The notes: a model not told the origin generated them from the letters alone. Counted from the stretch's first letter, positions 12,472-24,637 are shown. The stretch is 64,000 bases of DNA from Lepidodermella squamata (GCA_047495785.1 JBLDXI010000016.1:248001-312000), one strand, 5' to 3'. Made by a program: numbers and translations.

Positions 12472-12819
12472 TCATTGTTGATTGCGGATAGTCTTGAGAT
12501 TGAACAGTAGCGCAGGCATGTTTAGAGCTCTCGCAGTATTCAAATTGTAACGAGCTGATGCTGCTCCTGTAAGGCCGATGCCCTTTGGGGCCAAGCGGCT
12601 CTTCGCTGGAAGATCCCTTGCCGCTCGTGGTGCTGTAGAATAGTAGGCTGCCGGGGCTCTTCTACGGCGGGAATCATCTTTCAAGCTCACGCTAAATCGA
12701 GTGTCGAACTGCTGCCTGCTGACTTTCGCAGGTGATGCATCATTAGCTATTGCCATGGCGACAACCAATAAAAAAGCGAGTGAAGTTATAACCGTCATGA
12801 AACGCGTGGTTGTCATCAT
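12472..12819 (-). CDS. Secreted cationic prepropeptide, family member 2
   Basis: Signal MMTTTRFMTVITSLAFLLVVAMAIA, furin-like RRRR, shares LTG....YN...LKTI with member 1. Confidence 0.7.
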   Translation of the reverse strand: MMTTTRFMTVITSLAFLLVVAMAIANDASPAKVSRQQFDTRFSVSLKDDSRRRRAPAAYYSTAPRAARDLPAKSRLAPKGIGLTGAASARYNLNTARALNMPALLFNLKTIRNQQ

Positions 12820-13626
12820 TTTAGAAGTTATGTGGGATTTCGTATACTTAGTCTTTCCATTTTCGCACTTAGATTTCAATGAATGGGCGGATGTGGGAAA
12901 AAACGAGGATGTTGAACGCGTCATCGCATTATTGTTCTGTTATTTTTGCTACTTCCTGCCGAGGGCGCCTCGCCGGAACATGACATCACTTTCTAAAAAT
13001 TGCCATTGTAAACATAAAATAGCGCAGTGAAATTAAATTGCCGATTCCTGACTTACGATGACCAAAGCATTCACCACTGTAAAGTCATGGAACTGTTGGA
13101 GCATAAGTATCCTATTTTTTAATGTCACATTGAAGCTAGAATTTATTAGCGAGCGAAAATCGTAACTTTCACCACACGAACATTCGAGTAATTCTTTCTT
13201 CTGTCAGACATATCATATGTCTTATTCCATCCGAGAACTTCAATTTTACTTACAATAAATGATATGAAATTAGCTAAAATTCAAACTTTAACTCTGCCCT
13301 CTGCTCAATCGCAAAGGCCAGGGACATGAAAATGCAGTTCATTTGATTAGATCCACAGCTCTAAACGATTCCTAGATATTTTCCGAGGAGCCCATGAGTT
13401 GTCAAATTCGGGACTTCAAAAGGATGTCCTTAGACGTAAAAGTGAACTGCAAACAGAATCACTGCTGTCAAATTATGTATCAATGAAAGCTCAATGTAAC
13501 GAACACAACCATTGAAATGTAGTGTATTTAATGGGACAACATGCATTTTTAAAGCATTAATCATATTTATTTCCGTGGTAGTATACTTTTAGTCGAACAA
13601 TAGGCCTTTCGCCAAAATTAGTTTCG

Positions 13627-13863
13627 TCACTGCTTCCCTGTTCCGAACGAATTTGGTCCGAACTTTAAACGAAGACGGTCGATGTTACCCGACGACCGAT
13701 ATGATGGTGGAGCAACGCGCCGGTGTTGGCTTTCTAGAACAACGCGAGGTTCGAAGATTTCGCTCCGCCTGTTGCCTAGTTTCGGTAGAGGAAGACCAGC
13801 GCCAACATTGCCTATTGGCATTGCGACTAGGATGATAAAAGCGAGAAAAGCAGCCGGCAACAT
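13627..13863 (-). CDS. Secreted cationic prepropeptide, family member 3 (78 aa)
   Basis: Signal MLPAAFLAFIILVAMPIGNVGA. KLGNRRSEIFEPR...RRVAPPS matches member 1 KTGLRRDEAFVTR...RRVVIMPPS. Confidence 0.7.
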   Translation of the reverse strand: MLPAAFLAFIILVAMPIGNVGAGLPLPKLGNRRSEIFEPRVVLESQHRRVAPPSYRSSGNIDRLRLKFGPNSFGTGKQ

Positions 13864-14159
13864 AAGAACAGTGTCGAATTAGGAAATAATAAAACAAAGA
13901 ACCGAAGTGCAGCTGTCACAAATTTGGTGATCTAGGTTCTAGGTTAATCTCATTTGCATGAATAAATTGCGTGTCAAACAGGATGTACGGGAAAATGACG
14001 CAATTCCTGATGTTTTGCTGTTTGAGGTTATATTTACTTATCTCCAGAAACCTAATTTCGGACTTCAAAATACTAAGAATCACGTAACTTGCCGAGAATC
14101 TCTTGCGATATTCTATTAACAAGCTTCATCAATCCATTCACCTGATTTATTGCCAAATT

Positions 14160-14714
14160 TCACGCCGGAATAATATGATTGAGCAAAATTACGGAGGCTG
14201 CGAAAATTGTCACATAAGCCATCCAATGCTGATTGAGTTTGCTCGCAGAAGAAGCCACGCAGCAATTGTTCTTACAATACAACAACCTCGGGCAATTACT
14301 CGAATAGATGCACGTGTAGCACAGTGTTGTAGTCGATGTCGTGCTGGGCAGTGACGTCACACACAAATTTCCACCAACGTAGTAGGGTGCTGAAGTAGGG
14401 CAGGCACACGTTCCACTCGAGCACGTTGTATTGCCAGCACAATCGCCCTTAACAACGCATTGCGAGCCGTATTGAGCGCAGCCAGCACATCCGATGGGGC
14501 TGACACCACTTGGATAGCTTCCGGTGCAGGTTGATGAGTAGTAGTAGGGTAGATAAGTCGGGCATTGGCAATAGCCGAGCGTGCAGACCAGAACGCTGTC
14601 ACATTGACTGGTGGCTGAACAGTAGCCACCGTAGGCCACAGCTTCGACTGAATTTGCCAAGAATAAAACGATCAGGCAGCCGAGGAAGCATTTTAGAGTA
14701 GGCTGAGATTTCAT
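14160..14714 (-). CDS. Cys-rich EB-module-like surface protein, probably GPI-anchored
   Basis: Signal peptide, two YG..C.....C....C..G.C.CP...PYY modules, S/T linker, small CC module, hydrophobic C-tail after SSAS. Confidence 0.85.
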   Translation of the reverse strand: MKSQPTLKCFLGCLIVLFLANSVEAVAYGGYCSATSQCDSVLVCTLGYCQCPTYLPYYYSSTCTGSYPSGVSPIGCAGCAQYGSQCVVKGDCAGNTTCSSGTCACPTSAPYYVGGNLCVTSLPSTTSTTTLCYTCIYSSNCPRLLYCKNNCCVASSASKLNQHWMAYVTIFAASVILLNHIIPA

Positions 14715-16309
14715 TTCCTAAAGCCTGTAGTAGAAAAATTAAATAATTGAGATGGTGTGTGGTTTTTGCGGGTGCACTTCAATGATGTGTTGTTTATTTG
14801 TTTACAATGAAGCGACGAGTTTTAATGACGCTCGACAAAGTGAAAACATGAGATAATCTTTTGCGCATTACTTATAATTTACGGTGGTTTCGAGTAAACA
14901 AGCTATCCAAAGCAAGTTATCCAAAAATTAACACGACAAAAAATCCTTTTATTTGTCCACTCGATAATTTCGCCGAATTATGAACGAGCAAGAGGCCAAG
15001 CAAGGGTCACAAAAAAATCTAAATTTCATCTTCAAAAACGAATTTATCTACGAACACAGATACGAGCGCTTACAAGTTTTGAGGCCCTGATTTGTCAGCT
15101 GGTATAACAATTCCTTGTATCCACTGCCACTGTTTAACATCTCCCGTAAATGTATAAACACGTGCAGCTAATTACTCAGGTCACGTTTCACTTCAATAGC
15201 CCGGTAGACACCGTGCTTGTGACCTTACCTAGACCTTTCCCGAATGCCGTAAACACATCTGAATGCTATCGTATTAACGCCTTTCGCCGAAAAATATTCA
15301 GAGGGCTGTTCCTTTGTTGGCTCCTTGTTTTTGCCCAATTCTACAACGTTTCTACAACTAGAGCAATTGTGATCGCAAGAAGGTATAAGAAACAGATCGT
15401 AACTTCGATAACAGAACACCTTGAAAACTATTGCTCAAATAGCTATGAAATTGATAAATGAAATAGAAAAGTTCAATATCCTAGCTCTAAACACCTTTAG
15501 AACGGACATATTGGAAATACCTTTTGCTATAATTCATGGACTTATTCCTGCCGAGTTTTCGAAGGAGCCCTCTCTGGAACCCCTCGATTCGTTTGGCTGC
15601 GCCAAACTCACTCGGGGTTCCAGATCGGGGGGGAATTTTATTTCTCCATGGCTAGCCATAGAGTATTCCCTTATTTCTCAATACTCTTTACTTTTAACTA
15701 TACTCTCGCCAGTCCTGCGTTTCATTCAGATAGCGCACCGCGTGCTTGTAATACTAGTGGCTTTCATCTGAGAGATTAGCCTTTGAAATACTGCAAAATG
15801 ACCGGTCTCGTACGGCTTTCTTTATTGACGAGCTAGATAGAAAAAACACATGCTCGATTCATCATATTTGGGGTATTTTTGGTATTTTTCATTTTTTCAG
15901 CAACGCACCATACTTGAATAAAACCAGATCGATCTCACACCGCTGGACTTTTATGTGTGCCGAAATTATTCATCAAGAATTTTTGCTTTATTCTTGTTTC
16001 TTGGTCGCGTGACCATTTTTCACCTGTCAAGAACTCCGGGGATTCGGGGTGGCTACTTCAACCCAATCCATCGAAACAAGAACCTTCAACGAGAACCCAA
16101 ACAATGTTTCGGACTAAAAACTGACAAAATGAACGAATGACAAAATGAATATTTGAAGATTGTTGGAACATTAAGTTGAAGCTAGAATATTTGATTATAC
16201 ACCTGCTGCTGTGTATGGGTTACTTCGAGGTGTAGCAGTTCGTCTCTGTTGCCTTATCTTATAATGAACGATATAATTGTATACAAAAATATTTCAGAAC
16301 CACTGTTGC

Positions 16310-16810
16310 TCATATGCGCGCGCGTACTGGCAGCGCAACACGGCTCTCATACTTTCTTGCAAACGAGCAAATAGGAATGCGAGCGTGGACGGAACATGGG
16401 CAGGTTTAAGGTTCTGCAGTCTGCAGGTCAACCAAAAAAGTTAAGTTGAATCACGTCTTAGTGCACTTCTTCTGCTCTTCCCGAAGCAGCGGCGTTTTAT
16501 TAATAATGTGTAGCAATGCGGTCGCGATCAGTAGATGAAAAACGCATTATCAATATGAATCATATATTCATTCTAAATCGCTTAGGCTCGAAATCGCTTG
16601 ACACGTCTCAAATGCGCGGACGGTACATGGACAGAAGATATGCGGGTTCTGCCGGTCATCCAAAAATGTTAACTTGAATCACTTCTCGCTCTGCTTCTGC
16701 TGTCCCTCAATCAGCGGCGTATCATACATGGTATTTCTCCAGTGAATAGCAATGCGGTCGCGATCAATGGACGAATAACGCATTATCAATATGAATCATA
16801 TATTCATATT
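16310..16810. repeat. Diverged tandem duplication (about 240-bp unit) upstream of the vWA gene; also copied at about 20745-20975
   Basis: TAGCAATGCGGTCGCGATCA...CGCATTATCAATATGAATCATATATTCAT at about 16510 and 16748, with a near copy at about 20910. Confidence 0.75.
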
Positions 16811-16925
16811 AAAATTAATCATTAAAATGGCTATAAAAACCGCGGTTATGAAGGAGCAGTTAACACTAGCGAAAATTTACTACCCATACGGTTTCTTCTG
16901 AGACTACCTGAAAATCACGGCTATC

Positions 16926-18128
16926 ATGGCATCTTCTGCTACCGAAAGTCCTCTGCTATTCACATTCGTTTGCGATGTTTCTGGGAGCATGGCTGGTGAA
17001 AAAATTTCATCCGTTGTGGAAGCTTTGCTCAATCTGCGAAAAGAAGTCTTAGAGTAAGATTTTATTCCATGTAAATCTTGGATATGTCGTCTCAAATGTT
17101 GAATATTTCACTTTCAGGCCGACTGATCGAATGGAAGTGATCACGTTCGATGACAAGGTGACCAAACTATTCGGGCTTAAAATGTCCAAATTCATCGATG
17201 AAGACAAGCTGAGGAAGCAACTCGCTGAAGCCAACGGAGGTGGCACCACGCTATACGATGCTATCGGATTTGCGATGGACACCATGGACAGGTATTAGGA
17301 TGATAACTTCATTCCGAATGTCATGGGAGTTGAACCTTATTTTTCAGGGATAAGCAATATCAAGGATGCCAGCGAGAAATGATTGTTCTCACGGATGGGG
17401 AGGACAACGCTTCGAAGAATTACACCTTGGCCGACGTTAGAGCGCGCCTGGAACATCCCGGAATTCCGAATTTTCATTTGATCATGATCGGTAAGCTGAA
17501 CTAGAATCCTGTTAATTCACTTCACTGTTAATGTTCTAAATTTCGCAAGAGTGCTCCAGTTATTTCGTTTTTCTTATGTTGCAAGAATGCTTTCGAATAT
17601 TTACTTGTAATATTTTCACTAGGGGTTGGAATTACGGACAGCTATCGGAAAACGTTGCAGTCGCTGTGCACCAAGGGGCACATCAAGTACTTCGATTGCG
17701 GGGTCTCCGTAGCAGCCATCAAAGACGTGTTTAAAAAAGCGGCTAGCCAAATACAACAAGACAAACAAATCAACCTTCAGATATCAATCAGCACTTCCGA
17801 CCTGGCGAAAACTACTATTTCAATTGGCAAGCCGTTTGCTGATGGCTCTCAAGTTGGAGGCATTCGTGACAGCGCTCGGCCTCGCCACAGTGCAAACCCA
17901 GCAAACCGAAGTGCGAACCCGGTGAACGGAAATGTGGCAAGGCGTAAATGCCGACAGTGGCCAAACTGCCCTCTCGGAAAGAACTGCAACTTTGTCCACC
18001 CTACAGAAGAATGCAAAAATTTCCCGCAATGCAAATACGGGCCGAATTGCTTCAAAATACATCCACCCTGTCCAGCGCGCCCTTGTCCGAACAGGTCCAA
18101 CGGCTGCGCGTTCACACACTTTGATTAA
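16926..18128 (+). CDS. vWA domain fused to three Nab2/ZC3H14-type CCCH zinc fingers; four exons
   Basis: MASSATESPLLFTFVCDVSGSM (MIDAS DxSxS), GGGTTLYDAI, IVLTDGEDNAS. C-terminal CRQWPNCPLGKNCNFVHP, CKNFPQCKYGPNCFKIHP, CPARPCPNRSNGCAFTH. The GT-AG introns keep frame. Confidence 0.88.
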
Positions 18129-18587
18129 AACAATATTCTCATGCGACATCAATACTCTTGATATATTTACACTGCTTTTGCTGTAACAACAGATCTGTGT
18201 GAAATCTTCGTTATTCAAGAAAATCAAATAATTATTTAGCCGCAATAAATCGTATATCGTCAGTTGTCCGAGCTTTTTAGCAGGGAGTGTCGTTAATTCG
18301 GTAAGCTATATTCGGTCAGCTATATTCAATAATTTTGATTTTAAGCTACATTCATAATGACTGAAAATTGTCGTCCCAAATTAAAGCTATAATAGGGCTA
18401 AATCATGGTTAGTGTGGCGCTCGATTGTTATCAACACAAGCCTCGGGCTCTTCTATGTTCTACGCGGCCATTTTTTCTGTCAAGCTTTCGTACCACTACC
18501 ATAGGTTCGCACCCGCCCTTTGGTGGTAGTTTTTTCTTCGAAGAATTTTGGCAACAAAACCCGCTTTTCTGGTTGGCTTTGGGGCTG

Positions 18588-19010
18588 TTTTTTTTATTTT
18601 TTTTATTTACAAAACAATGTTCAGCCTTGATATAAGAGATCTTGTGGCAGGCCTAGAGTGTTAATTTCACGCTTAAATAGATGAAAGATACGCTGCGGGA
18701 ATACGTTACAAGGGAGTTCATTCCAGTCTTCAATGAGCTGTAGGAGGCGAGCGAATTGGGGCTTTTGAGTGTTCGCCGCCGAATCTTGATGGATTCGGAG
18801 TTGAAAGTGGTGAAGAGTTGCCGATCTTCTTGATGTTGTCAGTGGCGGTTCGTAGATCTCAAACCTCGATCGAATTTGTTCGCTACCTTTGCCGGCTACC
18901 ACGACTGTAAAGGTATGTCATGAACCCAACATAGCGTCGGTGTTTGAGGGCTAGGAGTTGGACCCCGGTAATTTTACAAAAACGATCTTGGACTGAGATG
19001 GACTGAGCTC
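18588..19010 (-). mobile_element. Degenerate CR1/L2-like LINE 3' fragment
   Basis: LKHRR..; TSRRSATLH..; F.R...IEDWNELP...HLFKREI resembles an RT C-terminus. A-rich tail at about 18588-18608. Confidence 0.65.
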
Positions 19011-19049
19011 TACAATGATTACGATCATGCTTCACTATTATGGCGTTCA

Positions 19050-19932
19050 ATTATTTTCAATGCGTGCTGCGCCAAAATAAAAGTAGCTGTGTTATCACGT
19101 CTGACGGCAGGTGTAAGGCTGATGTAAGGACTCGTTTAGAAAAAGGCAACAAAGCGTTTGGCGCTATGCGGAAATATATTTTTGGTAATCGATCTGTCCC
19201 GACTAAAGAAAAAAAGAAATGTTTAAAGGGCGTTGTGGATGCGACTATCATGCATGGCAGCGAAAGTTGGACGTTAACTTCTGAGGATGCGAGGCGACTC
19301 GACGTAGGCTATATGCGTTATTTGCGTAAAATATGCGGCGTAACACTCAGGGACAGGATTTGCAATGAGGTCATTAGAAATATGTGTGGTTCAGAACAAT
19401 TTACGTTCAAAATTACTAGGCGGCAACTTCGCTGGTACGGGCACGTCGCTCGCATGGACCCCGTAAGGCTGGCCAGCTAGATGCGGTACTGGCAGCCGCC
19501 GGATGATACTTGCAGTAGACCTCGAGGGCGACCAAAACTAAGGTGGATTGATTGCATCAAAAAACATCCGAACAAAATAGGGATTTCAAATTTTGAGGAG
19601 GCCGACGCCCTGGCCCAGGATAGAACTACTTAGAGACAAACAATTCATAGTTATTTTGGGGAAATCGAAATATCGGATTAGAACACGTATTTGAGGTGGG
19701 TGATCAGGATAGGTAGCTTGCTACCGGTCCTCCTCCGACACTCGGTTCTCTTGGCGTGAACAAAATTTACATCACGCCAGGCGGATTGGGTACACCGGAG
19801 TGAATTTTATTTTACCATTTTTCCTTCTCATTTTTTCTTCATTTCTGTACACCAATAATATTGTTATGTTATTGTTGATTAATGAAGGAAAAGGTAAAAT
19901 AAAGAAAATGCTATGCTATGCTATGCTATGCT
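19050..19932 (+). mobile_element. RTE-like LINE 3' fragment
   Basis: HGSESWTLT..RYLRKICGV..DRICNE.IR..RQLRWYGHVARM*, then RPRGRPKLRWIDCI. In-frame stops. (CTATG)n tail at about 19908-19932. Confidence 0.85.
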
Positions 19933-20185
19933 GTGTGTCAATTTCGAGGCCTGGGTGAATTATGAACTAAAGATTTTTTCGTCGGGTTGTATTAGGGGCG
20001 GGGATATATACAGGTGTGTCGTATATTTTCGAGAAATACGGTATTTGGAAGGTTTCACTTGAAAGAGAATACTTGACGGCCGATTTCCGCGCAAAAATGT
20101 TGAAAACACAAAATATGTAAAACATGCATTTTTTCAAAAAAAGGGTGAGTGCGCATTCTGATCACTACGTTCTCTATGCTTTTCA

Positions 20186-20734
20186 GCAGCCGCAGATCCT
20201 CTCCGGAAGCAACTCGGCTGGCTAGACCTGAACGGTAAACGAAATATTCACCTGGCTACGCTAATGTTCAGGTCATCGATGAAGCACCCGATGCCATAAC
20301 CTCACTATTCGTCAAAGACGAGCCCGGCCGACTTTGAAGTGCCAGGTTGACCTTCAAAGTTCCCAAATTCCGCATCGACTACGGCAAAACCAGTCTCTTC
20401 AACACCGCGGGCCAGTGTTCTTCAACACCCTGCTAATCCACTTCCATTGCTCACAACATCAGCCAGTTGATATCAGCACCTACGACGGCAGTCTTTCAAC
20501 CTGCAAATTGGAATCAAGGCCTGCGCCACCGCCAATGACTGCAGACAGCTTGTTTACAGACGTCTACTTTGTTGTTGATTATTGTTATACTAACTCATCT
20601 CACTTGTTGTTGAATTATAACGAAACGGAACAGACCAACGGCTCTCGTCACACTTTTTTGATACTTGCACCTAATTTTCCAATTCGAGCGATCAACAATG
20701 GGATCAATGCTCTTTAAATAAAATAAATAAATAA
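20186..20734 (+). mobile_element. CR1/L2-like LINE 3' fragment related to the 6155-7022 element
   Basis: ADPLRKQLGWLDLNGKRNIHLATLMFR aligns with ESLRKKLKWLDLDGKRKVHLATMIWR. SLQHRGPVFFN.L. (TAAA)n tail at about 20715-20733. Confidence 0.75.
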
Positions 20735-21065
20735 GAAAGAGACACTGGGCTCGGAATCGTTTGTCACGTCTCATATGCGCGAACGGAACATCAGCTGAAA
20801 ATGGGCGAGTTCCGCCGGTGATCTAAAAAATGTTAAGTTGAATCACTTCTCGCTCTTCTTCTGCTGTCCCCCATTCAGCAGCGTTTCATACATGGTATTT
20901 CTCCAGTGAATAGCAATGCGGTCGCGATCAATGGACGAATAACGCAGCATCAATATGAATCATATTCATTTTAAAATTAATCATAAAAATAGCTATAAAA
21001 ACCGCGGTTATGAAGGAGCAGTTAACACTAGCGAAAATTTACTTCCCAGACGGTTTTTCTGTGTT

Positions 21066-21874
21066 ATGGCATATTCTGCTACCGATAATCCTCTGCTATT
21101 CACATTCGCCTGCAACGTATCTAGGAGCATGGCTGGTGAAAAGATTTCTTCCGTTTTGGAAGCTTTATTCAGTCTGCGTGAAGAAGTCTTAGAGTAAGAT
21201 TTTATCCCATATAAATGTCAGAAATGTCGATATTAAATATTTTACTTTAGGGCGAATGATCGAATTGAAGTGATCACATTCCATCGCAAGGTGACCAAAC
21301 TATTCGGGCTAAAAAAGTCCAAGTTCATCGATGAAGACAAGCTGAGGAAGCAACTCGCTGAAGCCAACGGAGGTGGCACCACGCTATACGATGCTATCGG
21401 ATTTGCGATGGACACCATGGACAGGTATTAGGATGATAACTTCATTCCGAATGTCATGGGAGTTGAACCTTATTTTTCAGGGATAAGCAATATCAAGGAT
21501 GCCAGCGAGAAATGATTGTTCTCACGGATGGGGAGGACAACGCTTCGAAGAATTACACCTTGGCCGACGTTAGAGCGCGCCTGGAACATCCCGGAATTCC
21601 GAATTTTCATTTGATCATGATCGGTAAGCTGAACTAGAATCCTGTTAATTCACTTCACTGTTAATGTTCTAAATTTCGCAAGAGTGCTCCAGTTATTTCG
21701 TTTTTCTTATGTTGCAAGAATGCTTTCGAATATTTACTTGTAATATTTTCACTAGGGGTTGGAATTACGGACAGCTATCGGAAAACGTTGCAGTCGCTGT
21801 GCACCAAGGGGCACATCAAGTACTTCGATTGCGGGGTCTCCGTCTCCGGCTGCGCGTTCACACACTTTGATTAA
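21066..21874 (+). CDS. Duplicate vWA gene with altered MIDAS and in-frame loss of the zinc fingers (possible pseudogene)
   Basis: MAYSATDNPLLFTFACNVSRSM; same intron positions; ends YFDCGVSVSGCAFTHFD*. Confidence 0.7.
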
Positions 21875-22573
21875 AAGAGTATTCTCATGCGACATCAATA
21901 CTCTTGATATTTTTACTCTGCTTTTGCTGTAATAACAGATGTGTTTTGTGCGGAATTTACTGGTTCTCTTCTTCATTCAAGAAATAATTCTTTACCTGTC
22001 ATAATAAATGCAATACCATCAATTGTTCGCGGGCTTTTGAACAGGGAGAGTGTCATAAATTAATATACAGCTTAAATCAAGAAGCGCTTAATTACTCAAA
22101 ATCAAGTCTCTCTTTACAATCTTTTTGCCTTTTCAAGCGGCTGAGTTGTTTTCGATGAACACCGACAACTTTGACCAGCCGATTTACAGTCAGAAGAACA
22201 TTTACTGTAATTTTACTTTACTGAAAAGTGCCCTGGCGCCCTCGAAAGCTTAAAACGGCCCTGGTCAGCCTGTACCATTATTCTTTAATCATCCTATTGC
22301 ATACACAACTGAATAGCCAATGGATAGTCAATAGTCATATATTTTATATTTTTCAATTAGGTAACCATTGTGACAGCCTTTGAGGTCGGAAAAAAGCATA
22401 GGATGGTAACCGCGCACGCATTAAAACTAGCCATTATGAAAGATTCTCCTAGGTAGAGCCGGTAGAGCAATAGGTAGTGCTTAATTAGCACTGCTCATCC
22501 TCCACTGCTCAAAGGCAAGAGCAGTTATGCCACTGAGGACGCTAAATGCACCTTCAAACCCGAAGGGAGCTTG

Positions 22574-22730
22574 GCGGCGACTCGTCGGATCATATCCTGG
22601 GGGTTTCGCCGCGTAGAAAACTCTGGTAGCAAAAGTTTTTTTCGTCAAGCGAAAGCGAAGCACATGATAACCACAGTTTTACGATTTTCCGAGCTGCTCA
22701 ACCCTCAGGATATGATCGGATGATTCGCCG
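22574..22730. repeat. Imperfect hairpin/MITE-like palindrome upstream of the dioxygenase
   Basis: GGCGACTCGTCGGATCATATCCTGGGGGTT..AAAACTCTGGT versus ACCACAGTTTT..AACCCTCAGGATATGATCGGATGATTCGCC. Confidence 0.6.
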
Positions 22731-23119
22731 GCAAGGCCCTATCGCGCGGTATTTACAAAAAAAATCCGACATTCAGAACGGTTAGCACTGAATAATGCAG
22801 TGGGACATAAAGATTTTGGCATTGCCTGCTCTTGAACGGGGAATCTGGTTATCCAGAGAAACAACGCCCCAACTCAAAATGCAATCCGTCGAGGTTGAGT
22901 GCGTCTTCAGGGATCATAGATTAATGTAACCTATCCCGTTTTGAGTTATTATGCCATCAGTCAACAACTCGGGGCTGGAGGTTCAAAGTCGAACTTTCCC
23001 GCATGATAACGAGTTATCACATAGCGAAAACACACAGCTGATATGACTGGAACAATTATCATATTCAGTGAGCTGGAACATTTAGATAAACTTGAAACAA
23101 CTCTCTTCAAAACCATCAA

Positions 23120-24102
23120 ATGTTTAGCGAAATACACGTTGTTGATTTGTCAAAGGAACCGCAAATAGCGGCTAAGGAACTCTACCAATCTTTCACAACC
23201 AGCGGATTTGCCTATGTCGTTAACCATGGCGTACCGCAAGAACTTACCGACAAACTGGAGAAATTTGCCCACGAATATTTCGCCCTGCCAGAGGAGATTA
23301 AAATGCGATCGGCGAAGAAGCATTTCAACCATGAGAGCAACAACGTCTACCGCGGGTATTTCCCCCTCCAACTGAATGCCGACTCTTGGAAAGAAGGCTT
23401 TGAAATCGGCGACCAGGAGACAAACGAAACCTACAAGCCTATCTATCGCCGAGATTTGGTTTACTACGAAAAAAACACATGGCCAAATACTGGTAACCCT
23501 GATTGGGACGCTGAGTTCAAACAGGTGATGATTGAGAACTACAACGCGAGGTCTCAGCTCGGAATTCGGCTCATGCGGCTCGTCGCGATCGCCTTCAATC
23601 TACCCGAGGACTATTTCGACCGCTACTACAACCAACACATCGCAACTTTTCGAATCAGCACTACCCTTACAATGATAATGTCAACAAATCCACCTTAAGT
23701 TGTCTGGAGCATGTGGATTCAGTGCCGTTGACTATGCTATACCAGGACTCGTTCGGCGGTCTTCAGGTTCAGAATCCTAAGGGCGAATGGATTGACGCTC
23801 CTTTCATCCCTGGGTCATTTGTTATCAATGTTGGGAAAACTCTGGAGAAATGGTCTGGTATGAAGCTGAAGGCGACTTTGCACCGAGTTTTGGGTGTTAA
23901 GGGCGACCGCTATTCGATTGCGATGTTTTTCACGCCGAATCCTAATATATTGATCGAGCCCTTTCAAGGTAACGATGATGGAGTTCCGTTCGAGCCGTTC
24001 ACCTATGGGGAGTTTGGCTACAAGGTTTTCATGCAGTATGCTGAGTACCAAGGCCAACTTGGGTTATTGGCTGATAATGAAAAAATCGATGGAAACGTTT
24101 GA
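23120..24102 (+). CDS. 2-oxoglutarate/Fe(II) dioxygenase (DIOX_N + 2OG-FeII_Oxy, IPNS-like family); intronless; one frameshift near 23657
   Basis: IHVVDLS..GFAYVVNHGV..YRGY..KEGF..NTWP. After the shift: HYP..EHVDS..LTMLYQD..GGLQV..W..VINVG..LHRV..RYS (HxD..H triad and RxS motif intact). Confidence 0.85.
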
Positions 24103-24637
24103 GATTGTAATAATGTTGATTCTAATTCTTTGATAAATTTGTTATCACGAGGAATTTTCAAGATTTTTTTGTTGAAAAGACAAATGAAAGAGACTGCACG
24201 TAAAAAAAGAACATGGCAACATATGGCATGACTGGTGAAAATATTTGTTTCTAGACCCTTTCTAGACCCTTTCTAGAGTTACGAAGGCATATTATAAGAT
24301 ACGGTCTGGAGGGAATTGAATATTTCCGAGTCCATGTGGTTCTTTGTAATAGGGTTAGTAATCGCACGCCGTGTCTCTTTAAACAAACTGCATAAGTAGT
24401 TTTGGCTCGCTCAAAATGTGAAATATTTAACGAAGAATAAATTTATTTGCACCTATTTTGGCAGATAAACATACAAACAGTGAATAGGTAACATAAGTCA
24501 CCACAAAGAAAAAGATCCGAAAATAACTCAGCCTATTCAGAAAATCATTCAGTAAAGCAAAAGCAGATCGAAAAAAGTTGTGTTAGTTATTTTGAAGTTC
24601 GCAATAGATTCTTGCGTGATCGCAGTTGATGTTACAG

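Noticed and set aside
23120-24102. True isopenicillin N synthase, or a programmed frameshift
   Set aside because: Only family-level motifs are present, no ACV synthetase lies nearby, and there is no slippery heptamer at the shift.
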